64,000 nucleotides of DNA from Deinococcales bacterium. Lineage in GTDB: Bacteria > Deinococcota > Deinococci > Deinococcales > JAAFIG01. Below, in pieces: positions 49,089-58,634 of this stretch (the first letter of the stretch is position 1; each line of letters opens with the position of its first letter). The DNA lies in assembly GCA_031414595.1 (NCBI GenBank), contig JANNVX010000075.1, positions 1 to 64,000 of the forward strand, read 5' to 3'. The notes under the pieces were generated by a model. That model worked only from the letters and a program-made list of their open reading frames with translations, was not told where the DNA came from and did not search any database. The translations under genes and the position numbers were made by a program.

Positions 49089-49318
49089 GCGATTGAAGTT
49101 TGTTCGGCAACGATTTTTTCACGGTACTTTTCAAATTCAAGTCGTTCAAGCCGCTCAAGTTCAAGTTCAACCATGATTGCTTGATTATTGATTTTTTCTT
49201 CGGTTGTCCATTCTGGAATGAATTGCTCAAGTTCTGCCCAATTTACGGGTTTAAGACCGTGTAGCAGTTCCTTAAGTAAAGGACTGAATGGTTTTTTGGT
49301 TTGTTCTTGGTATTCCAT
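49085..49318 (-). CDS. Probable antitoxin
   Basis: Small acidic ORF with ATGA overlap onto the PIN gene. Confidence 0.65.
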   Translation of the reverse strand: MEYQEQTKKPFSPLLKELLHGLKPVNWAELEQFIPEWTTEEKINNQAIMVELELERLERLEFEKYREKIVAEQTSIA

Positions 49319-49372
49319 AGCCAGATTCTAGCAGAACCCCCGCCTAATCCCAAACACGCTATAATCAGCCGC

Positions 49373-52192
49373 GTGTACCTGAAAACACTGGGAGGACTGC
49401 GACTCGAGGGGAGTGCTTTGACCCGCCCTAAGCCATTGGCGCTGCTGGCATACCTTGCGCTCGAGGGTCTTAAACCCCGTGGTCATGTGCGTGATTTTTT
49501 TTGGGGCGCTTCGGGCGACGCGGCGACGAATTTGCGAATGGCATTGAAGCAATTGCGAACAGCAGGGGCGTTGCTCGAGAAATCAGATTCGCTTTTGTGT
49601 CTTGTGCCTTCGGATGCTACAGATTTACTCAAAGCGCTTGATGCAGGACATGACCAAGAAGCTACTGTCTTGTATACGGGTACTTTTTTGCATGGCTTGG
49701 ATTTGGGCATTCCCGAATTTGAAGAATGGACTTTGACCACTGGCGAATACCTTGCTGCACGGGTTTCCTTGGCGCATTTGCGACTGTCCGAAGCAGCGTT
49801 ACTTAAAAAAGATTTGGGTCTGGCAACTCGAGAAGCCGAAGCTGCTTATAGTGTTGAAGGCAATTCGACTTTAGAACCCGATGTGCTGCTGCGGGTATTA
49901 CGGGTGCTTGAATTGTGTCACGCCGATTTAGCGGTGCTGGTGCGCCGAGAAGCCCTAGAATTGGGTTTGACGATTCCCAATGTTAAGCCTTTGGCGAATC
50001 CCAGTCCGTTACCTGTGCCGCTTCACCGATTTATGCAGCGTGTCGAACAAACCGTGTTGCTAGAGTATTTACAAGACAACCGTTTAATCACGATTGTTGG
50101 TTATGGTGGGGCTGGTAAATCCAGTTTAGCCCTCGAGGTGGCACGGGTGGTGCAAACCAATTTGGCTGTTTTTTTTGTGCCGCTCGAAGCAGTTTTGGAT
50201 AGTGCTGGAATTGCCTCAGTCTGCCTTCGGGTCATGGGCGAAACAGACATCAAACCAAATTCGTTCGAGCAATTAAAACAACGCATTGGACAAGAAAAAA
50301 CCTTGTTGGTACTGGATAACTTTGAGCATCTGCTCGAGTTCGCGCCGTCCGTACTGGAATTACTGACCGCTTGTTCGGCTTTGCAAGTGCTTGTCACCAG
50401 TCGGGAGCGTCTGCATATCCTTGGGGAAACAGTGCTACCACTTTCGGGTTTTGATTCGGATGCCGTTGCCCTCGAGTTCTTTGTTTTTTGTGCTTTGCGT
50501 TCTGGGGTTAAAATAAAAACCTCTGAGGTTACTGCCCTACAAATCTGTACTTTACTCGAGCGGTACCCATTGGCGCTTGAATTGGCAGCCGCCCTGACAC
50601 CTATTTTATCGCTACCAGAGATGTTAAGTGCCTTACAAGAACACTTGGATATTCTGGGTGCAACCCCTTGGCAAGCAGGGCGACATAACGGCATGAGGGC
50701 GGTATTTAACTGGTCGTGGTCATTGCTGACCAATCCACAACGCTTTGCACTGGCGCGATTAGCGGTTTTTAAGGATGGTTTTGCCAGAGCCGCCGCGCTG
50801 AGCGTCATAGACAGCAATTTAACCATGTTGGTCGCCTTACTGCAAAAATCCTTGGTACAAAACCAGCACAACGGGCGGTACAGGCTGCATCCACTGATTG
50901 CCCAGTATTGCCTAGAAGCCCTAGAAGCCATCCCGCTCGAGACGAGTAAAGCAAGAAGCCACCATGCCCAGTTTTTTCTCAATTGGCTCGAGCTAAACGC
51001 CGCCGATGTTCGCAGTGACAAAGCGGGTGGTGTATTAAGTGCTTTTGAGACTGACTTGGAAAATTGTAAAAGTGCATGGCTGTGGTTGTGCGCTAATCCA
51101 GATGCAGCGCGGTTTGAACGATTACAAGACATGGTTTTATTATTTGATGCGAGGGCGAGGTTTACCGAAGGGATACAGCTTTTTGAAACAGCCATTGATA
51201 CCCTCGAGCCGAAGATGGCATTAAGTCAAAGCGCAGGATCGAGCGATGAAACTTTGCTACGGGCAATGGCAGTGTTACACATCAATGCGGCTTGGTTGAA
51301 TACACGAGTAGATCAGAATATGGCAGTTTTAGAACACGCGACTCGAGCCGACGAAATTTTGCAACATGTAGATTCACCAATGCTTAGGATAAAGACGTTG
51401 ACAGTGTTGGGTAATACCAGTCGTAATCTCGGACAATTTCAAAAAGCGCTCGAGTATTTTCAGCAATCTTTGGTGTTGGCAAGACAATTAAATGCAGACT
51501 ATAGAATTGCCTTAGCTCTATCAAATATTGGCAATAGCTTATTGACTCTAGGGGAGTATGAATTTGCCTTAAATCATTTCCAAGAGGCGCACGATATTTT
51601 TTTAACACACCAAGATGTCATCAATGCAAATGCAACCACTACAAGTGTTATTCATCTTTTTATTTTTTGCTTGGATAAAGACCCAAACGAAATCCATGAT
51701 GTATTACTTGGTGAAATCTCAAAAGCCGAGCATTATGGACAAGTGACTCAACTTTTCACACTAAAGACATATCTTATTTTTACCTATTCTAACTTGGGGT
51801 ATTTTCACCAAGCTGAACAGCTTTGTGCTTCCATGCAAAAAATTAAGGTAGACCACCAAGCGCTAGATTTGTTTTCGATTGCCTCTGCTTTGATTGATGC
51901 AGGTTGCAATCGCTTTGAGGCTGCCGAATTACAACTTTTGAACATAGCGCAATTAAATCTGGCAAAAAATGCACCCAATCTTGTCCATCAGGCAATGTAT
52001 CATTACGCTCAGATTACTTTACAACAGCAACATTTTATCAAAACAGCTAATGCAATTCACTACTTACTGAATCAACAAAATTTAGTGAAATGGGTAGAAA
52101 AGAAAGCTCGAGCCTTAGCGCAACAACCTAAAATTCTAGGCTTAATTCAAGACCCAAATCTCGAGCTTTCGTTACCGCAACTAGGCTATTAA
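49373..52192 (+). CDS. AfsR/SARP-like regulator: wHTH + BTAD + STAND-type NTPase + TPR
   Basis: LKTLGGL..KPLALLAYLALEG..NLR.AL..LR; Y.G.FL.GL...EFEEW; GYGGAGKS; LVLDNFEHL; VTSRE; PLALELAA; RLHPLI; TPRs; leaderless GTG after TATAAT. Confidence 0.85.
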   Translation: MYLKTLGGLRLEGSALTRPKPLALLAYLALEGLKPRGHVRDFFWGASGDAATNLRMALKQLRTAGALLEKSDSLLCLVPSDATDLLKALDAGHDQEATVLYTGTFLHGLDLGIPEFEEWTLTTGEYLAARVSLAHLRLSEAALLKKDLGLATREAEAAYSVEGNSTLEPDVLLRVLRVLELCHADLAVLVRREALELGLTIPNVKPLANPSPLPVPLHRFMQRVEQTVLLEYLQDNRLITIVGYGGAGKSSLALEVARVVQTNLAVFFVPLEAVLDSAGIASVCLRVMGETDIKPNSFEQLKQRIGQEKTLLVLDNFEHLLEFAPSVLELLTACSALQVLVTSRERLHILGETVLPLSGFDSDAVALEFFVFCALRSGVKIKTSEVTALQICTLLERYPLALELAAALTPILSLPEMLSALQEHLDILGATPWQAGRHNGMRAVFNWSWSLLTNPQRFALARLAVFKDGFARAAALSVIDSNLTMLVALLQKSLVQNQHNGRYRLHPLIAQYCLEALEAIPLETSKARSHHAQFFLNWLELNAADVRSDKAGGVLSAFETDLENCKSAWLWLCANPDAARFERLQDMVLLFDARARFTEGIQLFETAIDTLEPKMALSQSAGSSDETLLRAMAVLHINAAWLNTRVDQNMAVLEHATRADEILQHVDSPMLRIKTLTVLGNTSRNLGQFQKALEYFQQSLVLARQLNADYRIALALSNIGNSLLTLGEYEFALNHFQEAHDIFLTHQDVINANATTTSVIHLFIFCLDKDPNEIHDVLLGEISKAEHYGQVTQLFTLKTYLIFTYSNLGYFHQAEQLCASMQKIKVDHQALDLFSIASALIDAGCNRFEAAELQLLNIAQLNLAKNAPNLVHQAMYHYAQITLQQQHFIKTANAIHYLLNQQNLVKWVEKKARALAQQPKILGLIQDPNLELSLPQLGY

Positions 52193-52737
52193 GGACCAAA
52201 ACCAGGTGGAGGAGTCTGTTTAGTGGGTTTGTCGTTATTTGCATCCCAAGGCTCGGGTTCTTCAAGAGTATCTGGGTCTGGTATCATTGGTACTTCTGGT
52301 AACCTTGTATCTTCATCAATAAACCTAAGGTTTTCTGGTCTTTCATCAATTTTAATTGGAATGGTTGCCCAAATTCCAGGTAAAGAGCAATCTTTAGCAC
52401 TCAACTCGCCCACAAATTCGTAGATTTGCCATTTGCTATAGCGCCATTGGAATACCCCAGTTTGACTGTGATTTTGCGGGTTAATATCATCGCGGTCAAC
52501 TGGATCAAACAAATCCCTGTCTACACCAGAAAAGATTTCCCTTCCCAATTGAAGCACAGGGAGAAAAGGAAAAAGCACTTTCTGAATCCGTTTATCGCCT
52601 GGCAATTCCATGTAGCTTGGAATGAGCTTCCGCAACAATCGATCATTAAGGTGCAATAAGCAACGATAGACATAAACACGTTCGCCTCCCTTTTCAAGAC
52701 CCAAGTGACCGCTAAAATTGACAAATTTGATACTCAT
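52189..52737 (-). CDS. Hypothetical protein with acidic Pro-rich tail
   Basis: 182-aa ORF with AAGGAGG RBS and its own promoter motif. Confidence 0.7.
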   Translation of the reverse strand: MSIKFVNFSGHLGLEKGGERVYVYRCLLHLNDRLLRKLIPSYMELPGDKRIQKVLFPFLPVLQLGREIFSGVDRDLFDPVDRDDINPQNHSQTGVFQWRYSKWQIYEFVGELSAKDCSLPGIWATIPIKIDERPENLRFIDEDTRLPEVPMIPDPDTLEEPEPWDANNDKPTKQTPPPGFGP

Positions 52738-52776
52738 AAACCCCTCCTTGTCACTACTCTCGAGCAGTGTGCCACT

Positions 52777-52812
52777 AGCTTAGCGCATGGGGCGTAAACA
52801 AACCGTAAACAC
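52777..52812 (-). promoter_or_regulatory. Activator-type promoter 3
   Basis: GTGTTTACGGTTTGTTTACG-10nt-TAAGCT. Confidence 0.75.
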
Positions 52813-52840
52813 TTCTGGTGGTTTGCTGGTGTCTCGAGAT

Positions 52841-54085
52841 TCAAGCATTGGGGAAGCCAATACCCACTCGAGCGCCGTGTTTTATATTCTCGGCTCGAGC
52901 CTGCCCGCCGTGAACCTCGGCAATCGCGGCAACGATGGCTAAGCCTAAGCCAGTGCCTGTGCCGCGTTTAACAAAGGGTTCAAAAACCGTGGGGAGCAAA
53001 TCGGGTGCAAAGCCAATACCCGTGTCTACAAGCCAAATCCAAGTTTGTTGGCGGTTGCTTTCTAAAACAAAGTGTTTTGCGCCTCCTCCGTGGTCGTTAG
53101 CATTTTTGACAAGGTTCTCGATTGCCAACTCGAGTAAGTCTCGGTCAGCCCTGATACTGGCGTTACCGATAACTGGCAATTCAAAATTGGCTTCTAAAAA
53201 ATCGCGCAGCACCACCTCTTGTCCGCTGACTTGTCCGCGTCCCTCGAGCCGAGCTAAGGTCAGTAAGCTACCCAAAACCCGTTCAGTCCGCCGTACCGCC
53301 TCGAGTGCCTGAGCCACTGCCAAAGGTTCGTTGGGGTGGCGCTCGAGTACCTCCAAATAATTTCGAGCCGCCGTTAATGGATTGCGTAATTCATGTGAGG
53401 CGTTATAGGCAAAGCGTTTGGCACTTTGTTCTTGCAGTCTGGCTCGAGACAAACTGGTGCGTAAATCCTCGAGTAAGCCGTTGAAGGCATGAACGGCTGG
53501 TTTTAATTCTGGTAGTGGCGGATTGGCAATGGCTTCGAGTTGATTGGCGTTACGACTGGCAATATCGGCAGCAAAACGCTCTAAGGGAATTAAGGAGCGG
53601 CGCACACCTACCGAACCAAACAGCAGCGCGGTGCTTAAGAGCAAAATTGCCCAGAGCCAAATGGTGCTTTGATTGGTGATGGTGAATCCTTCGCTGGGTC
53701 GGACTTCCTCGAGTTGCCCTGCACTAAAACGCAGCAAAGCCGGTTCGCGCCGAGTTTGTAATTGTGCGAGGGTGATTTCCCTGATTGGTGCTTGAGTTGG
53801 GGTACTTTTTGGGGTTGGTACGGCTGGTTCAGCACTGATTTTAGCGGCACTTGCTGGGCTGGTGGTGGCAAAAGGATTGGGGCTATCAGGGACTGGAGCG
53901 CTTGGGATGGCTAAATCGGTCAGTGGTTTTTTAGGCGTTTCAACTGTATTTTGAGTTTGCGGTGTACTTGATACTTTGACAAACTCGAGCGAAGCCGTTT
54001 GACGCAAAGAAAACCAGACCATCATCCCGACCAAAACGGCAGCCAGTGGCGCAAGCCAGAACAGTAAACGCAACCGCAAGGTCAT
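52841..54085 (-). CDS. Sensor histidine kinase
   Basis: Two TMs, HAMP, ASHELRNPL, ENLVKNA, DTGIG, GTGLGL. Confidence 0.93.
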   Translation of the reverse strand: MTLRLRLLFWLAPLAAVLVGMMVWFSLRQTASLEFVKVSSTPQTQNTVETPKKPLTDLAIPSAPVPDSPNPFATTSPASAAKISAEPAVPTPKSTPTQAPIREITLAQLQTRREPALLRFSAGQLEEVRPSEGFTITNQSTIWLWAILLLSTALLFGSVGVRRSLIPLERFAADIASRNANQLEAIANPPLPELKPAVHAFNGLLEDLRTSLSRARLQEQSAKRFAYNASHELRNPLTAARNYLEVLERHPNEPLAVAQALEAVRRTERVLGSLLTLARLEGRGQVSGQEVVLRDFLEANFELPVIGNASIRADRDLLELAIENLVKNANDHGGGAKHFVLESNRQQTWIWLVDTGIGFAPDLLPTVFEPFVKRGTGTGLGLAIVAAIAEVHGGQARAENIKHGARVGIGFPNA

Positions 54086-54747
54086 GAGGTCGCCCCGTTC
54101 ATTCGCAGCGCATAACCGACACCGCGCACCGTTTGAATCAGGTTTGGTGTACCAAGGCTACGACGCAGCGCCGCAACCAAGGCATCTAAGGTGTTGGGGT
54201 CTACTTCTTGCCCCCAAACGGCTCGCATTAAAGATTCTCTGGCTAAGACCCTTTGCGGATGTTCAAAAAGCACTTGGAGCAAACGAAAACCCTTAGGTGT
54301 AACCTCGAGTAATTGTCCACCGCGCCGAGCTTCGAGGGTCACAAAGTCCAGTACCACATCGGCAAAATGACTGCGAATCACTTCAGTTTTACTGCGCCGC
54401 AACAGGGCTTCGATGCGGGCTAGAATCTCGGATAAACTGTACGGCTTAACCACATAATCATCTGCGCCAGCTTTTAAGCCGCGCACCTTGGCACTGACTT
54501 CATCTAGGGCAGTCAGCATCAATACTGGCACAACTGAACGCGCCCTGATATGCTCGAGAACCCCAAAACCATCCATGCCGGGCAGTACAATATCGAGCAG
54601 CACCACATCAGGCAGCATCTCGAGCAGTTTTAAGCCAACTGCCCCATTCTCGGCTTCTAGCACTTCACAACCCTCGAGCCGTAAGCCCAAAGCCAGCGAT
54701 GCGCGAACCGCCACATCATCTTCAATCAATAAAACCCGTGCTTTCAT
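54082..54747 (-). CDS. OmpR-family response regulator
   Basis: IEDD, LLDIVLP, GADDYVVKP, IQTVRGVGY. Confidence 0.95.
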   Translation of the reverse strand: MKARVLLIEDDVAVRASLALGLRLEGCEVLEAENGAVGLKLLEMLPDVVLLDIVLPGMDGFGVLEHIRARSVVPVLMLTALDEVSAKVRGLKAGADDYVVKPYSLSEILARIEALLRRSKTEVIRSHFADVVLDFVTLEARRGGQLLEVTPKGFRLLQVLFEHPQRVLARESLMRAVWGQEVDPNTLDALVAALRRSLGTPNLIQTVRGVGYALRMNGATS

Positions 54748-54779
54748 CAGAGTATTCTACCCAAGTTACCTGATTTTTC

Positions 54780-54874
54780 TCTGAAAAATGAGTAAGCACT
54801 GCTATCTGAAAAATGAGTAAGCACTGTTCTCTGAAAATAAAAAGGCACTGCTATCTGGGAGGGGACAGCAGTGC
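54780..54874. repeat. Three ~25-bp tandem units merging into a hairpin with a CCCCTCCC loop (minus strand)
   Basis: TCTGAAAAATGAGTAAGCACTG x2 plus a degenerate third; GCACTGCT..AGCAGTGC stem. Confidence 0.75.
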
Positions 54875-54946
54875 TGGTCAGAATCATACACTTTCTCGAG
54901 TGGGTCATTTGGTCATCCATCACACCAAGACTTTGTAAACTATGCT

Positions 54947-55240
54947 ATGCCGATTTGGACACCGTGGCTGGGAGTCGCACTTTACTTAATAAACCTCTGC
55001 CTAGGACTGGGTTTACAATTGCGCCTGTACCATTTACAGCGTGCTAAATGGGTGCATCATGCCCTGTACTTTTGTGTTTTTGTGGCTGCCATTGCCAGTG
55101 CGCTCTCGAGTTCACGCTGGTGGGTGATGATTCCAACCCTGATTTGCTTAACTGTACTACCGCGTTTTAAGGGTGGCTCGAGACCCCACGCACTACTGAC
55201 CATATCAGGTTTACTGGGCTATGTTCTGCTTTTGATTTGA
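54947..55240 (+). CDS. Small membrane protein
   Basis: Hydrophobic 97 aa, HHALY and H motifs; leaderless-type -10 box. Confidence 0.65.
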   Translation: MPIWTPWLGVALYLINLCLGLGLQLRLYHLQRAKWVHHALYFCVFVAAIASALSSSRWWVMIPTLICLTVLPRFKGGSRPHALLTISGLLGYVLLLI

Positions 55241-55305
55241 AGCCTAGGGGGACATGATTATTGGCTCAAACCAGTAGAATACAGTATTAGTCGAGGAGTG
55301 AGCCA

Positions 55306-56091
55306 ATGGATTTTTTTGAAGTGCTGCATAATCGCAAGACCACCAACGGACCATTTGACCCGCGTCCAGTCAGTCGTGAACACCAAAAAACCCTGATGGA
55401 AGCGGCTTCCAGAGCGCCGAGTCATTTTAATTCGCAACCGTGGCGGTTTGTGCTGTGTGAAGAGAAAGCCCGGATTCTCGAGGTGGCAGAATTGGCAGGG
55501 TACTCGATGGAGCGCTTAATTCAAGAAGGGTTATTTTTTGACCGCTACAGACCGTATTTTCGCTTCTCCGAGGCAGAATTATCAGCCCGTGGCGATGGAA
55601 TTCACTTTGACCAACTGCCGGGTCCCTTAAAACCCTTTGCTAAACAAGTGATGTCACCGACAGGTGTGAACATCATGCGGAGTTTGGGTGTGCCAAAAAT
55701 GCTTGGCAAAGATAATAAAGACCTTGTGGCAGGAAGCCCGTTGCTCTTGGGGGTGATGCTCGATAAAGCCGAGTACATTCCCGGTAAGTTATCTGGGTTT
55801 TACAGTATTTTTGGTATGGGCGCAGCCATGGAAAACATTTGGCTTTCGACCCACGCGCTCGGCATGGGGATTCAATTTATCAGCACCCCAATGGAAATCC
55901 CAGAGTGCTGGGAAAAAATGAAGAGCATCCTCAAAGTCCCAGAACATTTGGAACTCATGGCGGTCTACCGACTTGGCTACTTAAAAGAGGGCAACCGCCG
56001 TCCAACCATCGATTGGAGCAGTCGGCATCGCAAGAAACTATCACAATATGTCTACCGCGAAACCTGCGAAACCCCAGAAAGTGATGAATAA
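55306..56091 (+). CDS. Nitroreductase family protein
   Basis: [24 protein letters not shown]. Confidence 0.88.
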   Translation: MDFFEVLHNRKTTNGPFDPRPVSREHQKTLMEAASRAPSHFNSQPWRFVLCEEKARILEVAELAGYSMERLIQEGLFFDRYRPYFRFSEAELSARGDGIHFDQLPGPLKPFAKQVMSPTGVNIMRSLGVPKMLGKDNKDLVAGSPLLLGVMLDKAEYIPGKLSGFYSIFGMGAAMENIWLSTHALGMGIQFISTPMEIPECWEKMKSILKVPEHLELMAVYRLGYLKEGNRRPTIDWSSRHRKKLSQYVYRETCETPESDE

Positions 56092-57140
56092 TGCCCGAAC
56101 CTCGTATTCTTGCCGTTGGCACAGCCTTACCGCCCCACAAAGTTAGCCAAGATGCCGTGCGGCATTTAATCGGCGCGATTTTTAAGAATACCTCACGCGA
56201 CTTAGAACGTTTACTCGGTGTTTTTGATAATGGTCATGTCAAAAGTCGCTACCTAAGCGCTCCACTCGAGTGGTATTACGAACTGCGAAGTTGGACTGAA
56301 CGCAACCAAATTTATGTCGAGCAAGCCCGTGAACTCTCCGAACAGGCTGCAAAAATCGCGCTCGAGAAAGCTGGGCTAAGCGCCGACCAACTGAGTGCGA
56401 TTATCTTTGTCTCGAGTACCGGACTGGCTACCCCCAGCTTGGACAGTTGGTTAATCAAAACCCTAGGCATGAACCGCCACGCGATGCGCTTACCCGTATG
56501 GGGACTTGGCTGTGCGGGTGGGGCAGCCGGCATCAACCGCGCCGCCGAGTACATCCGCGCTAAACCGGGCAGCCATGTGTTACTGGTTGCGGTCGAATGC
56601 TCGAGCCTGACCTTCCAAGCCAACGACCCCAGCCGAGCCAATTTGGTCAGCACCAGCCTCTTTGCTGATGGTGCAGCCGCCGTAATTTTATCCGACCAAC
56701 TCGGTACAGGCTTAACTGTCCTAGGCGGCTCGAGTACGCTTTGGGACGACACCGAAGAAGTTATGGGTTGGGAAATTGTAGACACGGGTTTCAAAGTTCT
56801 GCTCTCTAAAAGCGTGCCTTTGGTGGTCGAAAAACATATCCGCGCTGATGTGTTGCGCTGCCTCGAACAATTTAACCTGAGCCTAGCGCAAATCCAGCAT
56901 TTCATCACCCACCCCGGCGGCGAAAAAGTCATGCAAGCCTTTGCCGAAGCCCTAGGTATCGCCGATACAAAACTCGAGCATTCCAAAAATATCCTCGAGA
57001 ACCACGGCAACATGAGCAGCCCGACTGTCTTATTCATTTTGGAGAAATTTATGCAGCAACCCATTCCAAAAAATGAGTACGCCCTTTTAACGGCAATGGG
57101 ACCGGGATTCAGTGCTGAACATGTGGTTTTAAGGGCTTAG
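56091..57140 (+). CDS. Type III polyketide synthase
   Basis: GLGCAGG, LFADGA, HPGG, GNMSS, GPGF (Cys-His-Asn triad). Confidence 0.93.
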   Translation: MPEPRILAVGTALPPHKVSQDAVRHLIGAIFKNTSRDLERLLGVFDNGHVKSRYLSAPLEWYYELRSWTERNQIYVEQARELSEQAAKIALEKAGLSADQLSAIIFVSSTGLATPSLDSWLIKTLGMNRHAMRLPVWGLGCAGGAAGINRAAEYIRAKPGSHVLLVAVECSSLTFQANDPSRANLVSTSLFADGAAAVILSDQLGTGLTVLGGSSTLWDDTEEVMGWEIVDTGFKVLLSKSVPLVVEKHIRADVLRCLEQFNLSLAQIQHFITHPGGEKVMQAFAEALGIADTKLEHSKNILENHGNMSSPTVLFILEKFMQQPIPKNEYALLTAMGPGFSAEHVVLRA

Positions 57141-57307
57141 TGCTTTGTCGTTTAAGTCCTTCAACTCATCGTACCTCGAGACTACGGACTCCACGACAAA
57201 GCACCTTTCGGTACTCGCATAGCTCGCCAAGTCTACCGACTTGTCCGACACTGCACTTAGAGGCAAGTAAAAAATAAGTCCCTGATTTAAGAATGAATGG
57301 CATTAAC

Positions 57308-57341
57308 AAAGGCTACCCAAAAATAGCAAAGGTAGCCTTTT
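57308..57341. terminator. Bidirectional terminator
   Basis: AAAGGCTACC..GGTAGCCTTTT between convergent genes. Confidence 0.7.
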
Positions 57342-57357
57342 GGCGCTCGAGTAAAAT

Positions 57358-58551
57358 CTAATTGCTTTGCCGCACACCAATACCCGCATTGGTGGTGTTG
57401 GCAGTTAAATTGAGGGTGATTGCCGCATCGGTGGCAGAACGCCCCGTGTTGGTGGTAAGCCAAGCATCGAATTCGGTGACTCGAGCATAGACTCCGGGCG
57501 TGTTGATTTCTTCGCAGGTTTGGCTACCAAAAGAAACCACACCAACTTGGCGCAGAGGATTTTGGGTAAAGAGTGGTCCACCGCTATCGCCTTGGCAGGA
57601 TTCACGCACAATATTGTCGCCTGCTGGGGTTTTAGCACACAACATTTTACTGGTTGCATTCCAAGCTACTTGGCAAGCGGCATCAGTTGCAATTTCTTGT
57701 CCAACTTCACGCAGCACCGTAGAAGTGGGTCCACCATTGCTGGTGCGTCCCCAACCGATGACTCGTGCAGCCGTACCAGCCGAATTTAAATTGGTTTCAT
57801 TAGCACCAGATGGAATAATCGGCGTGGCTGTGGCATTGGCTGCCAGTTTTAAGAGCAGCATGTCGTTGTTAAAACCGGCATAATCAGGGTGACGAATGAT
57901 TTGGGTCACATCCAGAGATTGCCCTTGGAGCGGGACTGCCGCCAAGTCTGTCACCCCAGAACGCACTTGAACATCGGCAGCTTGGGAGGTTTGGGCAAAT
58001 GTTATCCCATCAAAAAAGCAGTGTGCCGCCGTTAAAACCCAACGAGGGGCAATGATAGAACCTCCACAAAATGCAAACCCAGTGTTGTTTTTATTGACCA
58101 ATGCCACTTGAAAAGGGTACACACTGGCATTGGCTACCACTGTACCATTGATGATTTGAGGTCGGAGTTGGTTTGCTTGCGGTTGCACTTGGCTCGAGGT
58201 CAGGGTCACGCTTTGAGCGGCGTTGTATCCAAGGCGCATTTTGACCCCGAGTTTGACATTGCCTTGCGGAACATCGGTCAAGGTATATGAGCCTGTTGCC
58301 GTGGTCAGCACGCTTTTTTCACTCACATCCAGAGCGTTATTGCCATTGGTGTCAACATAGACCGTCCAATCCTTTAAGCCAAGTTCACCTGCTTCTCGAG
58401 CGCTGTTCTTATTCAGGTCATCGAAGACAATCCCGCTCAGGCTGGCGGTGGTGACGGGTGGCGGAGTCGGTGGGGTTGGGGTTGTACAACCAATCAAAGT
58501 AAGCAGTGCTGCGAGACCAGAAAGTGGGGCTTTAAGAACATATTTTTTCAT
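57358..58551 (-). CDS. Trypsin-like S1 serine protease lipoprotein with SdrD B-like domain
   Basis: LIGC lipobox, SGIVFDDLN..GE.GL, IING, CGGS, TAAHC, ND, GDSGGP. Confidence 0.92.
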   Translation of the reverse strand: MKKYVLKAPLSGLAALLTLIGCTTPTPPTPPPVTTASLSGIVFDDLNKNSAREAGELGLKDWTVYVDTNGNNALDVSEKSVLTTATGSYTLTDVPQGNVKLGVKMRLGYNAAQSVTLTSSQVQPQANQLRPQIINGTVVANASVYPFQVALVNKNNTGFAFCGGSIIAPRWVLTAAHCFFDGITFAQTSQAADVQVRSGVTDLAAVPLQGQSLDVTQIIRHPDYAGFNNDMLLLKLAANATATPIIPSGANETNLNSAGTAARVIGWGRTSNGGPTSTVLREVGQEIATDAACQVAWNATSKMLCAKTPAGDNIVRESCQGDSGGPLFTQNPLRQVGVVSFGSQTCEEINTPGVYARVTEFDAWLTTNTGRSATDAAITLNLTANTTNAGIGVRQSN

Positions 58552-58634
58552 ATCATTTCTCCTATACTCTCATCTACACAGATCATTGTTGATCACCATA
58601 AAAATAGCATGTGTTACAATAAAACCAAGCTATT

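Noticed and set aside
42487-49318. Integron cassette array
   Set aside because: No integrase, no attC RYYYAAC/GTTRRRY ends, mixed gene orientations.
50101-51195. 364-aa antisense ORF (also 56312-57064, 59883-60536, 41879-42628, 44565-45218)
   Set aside because: Shadow frames opposite well-supported genes, with no motifs.
54780-54853. CRISPR array
   Set aside because: Head-to-tail repeats without spacers.
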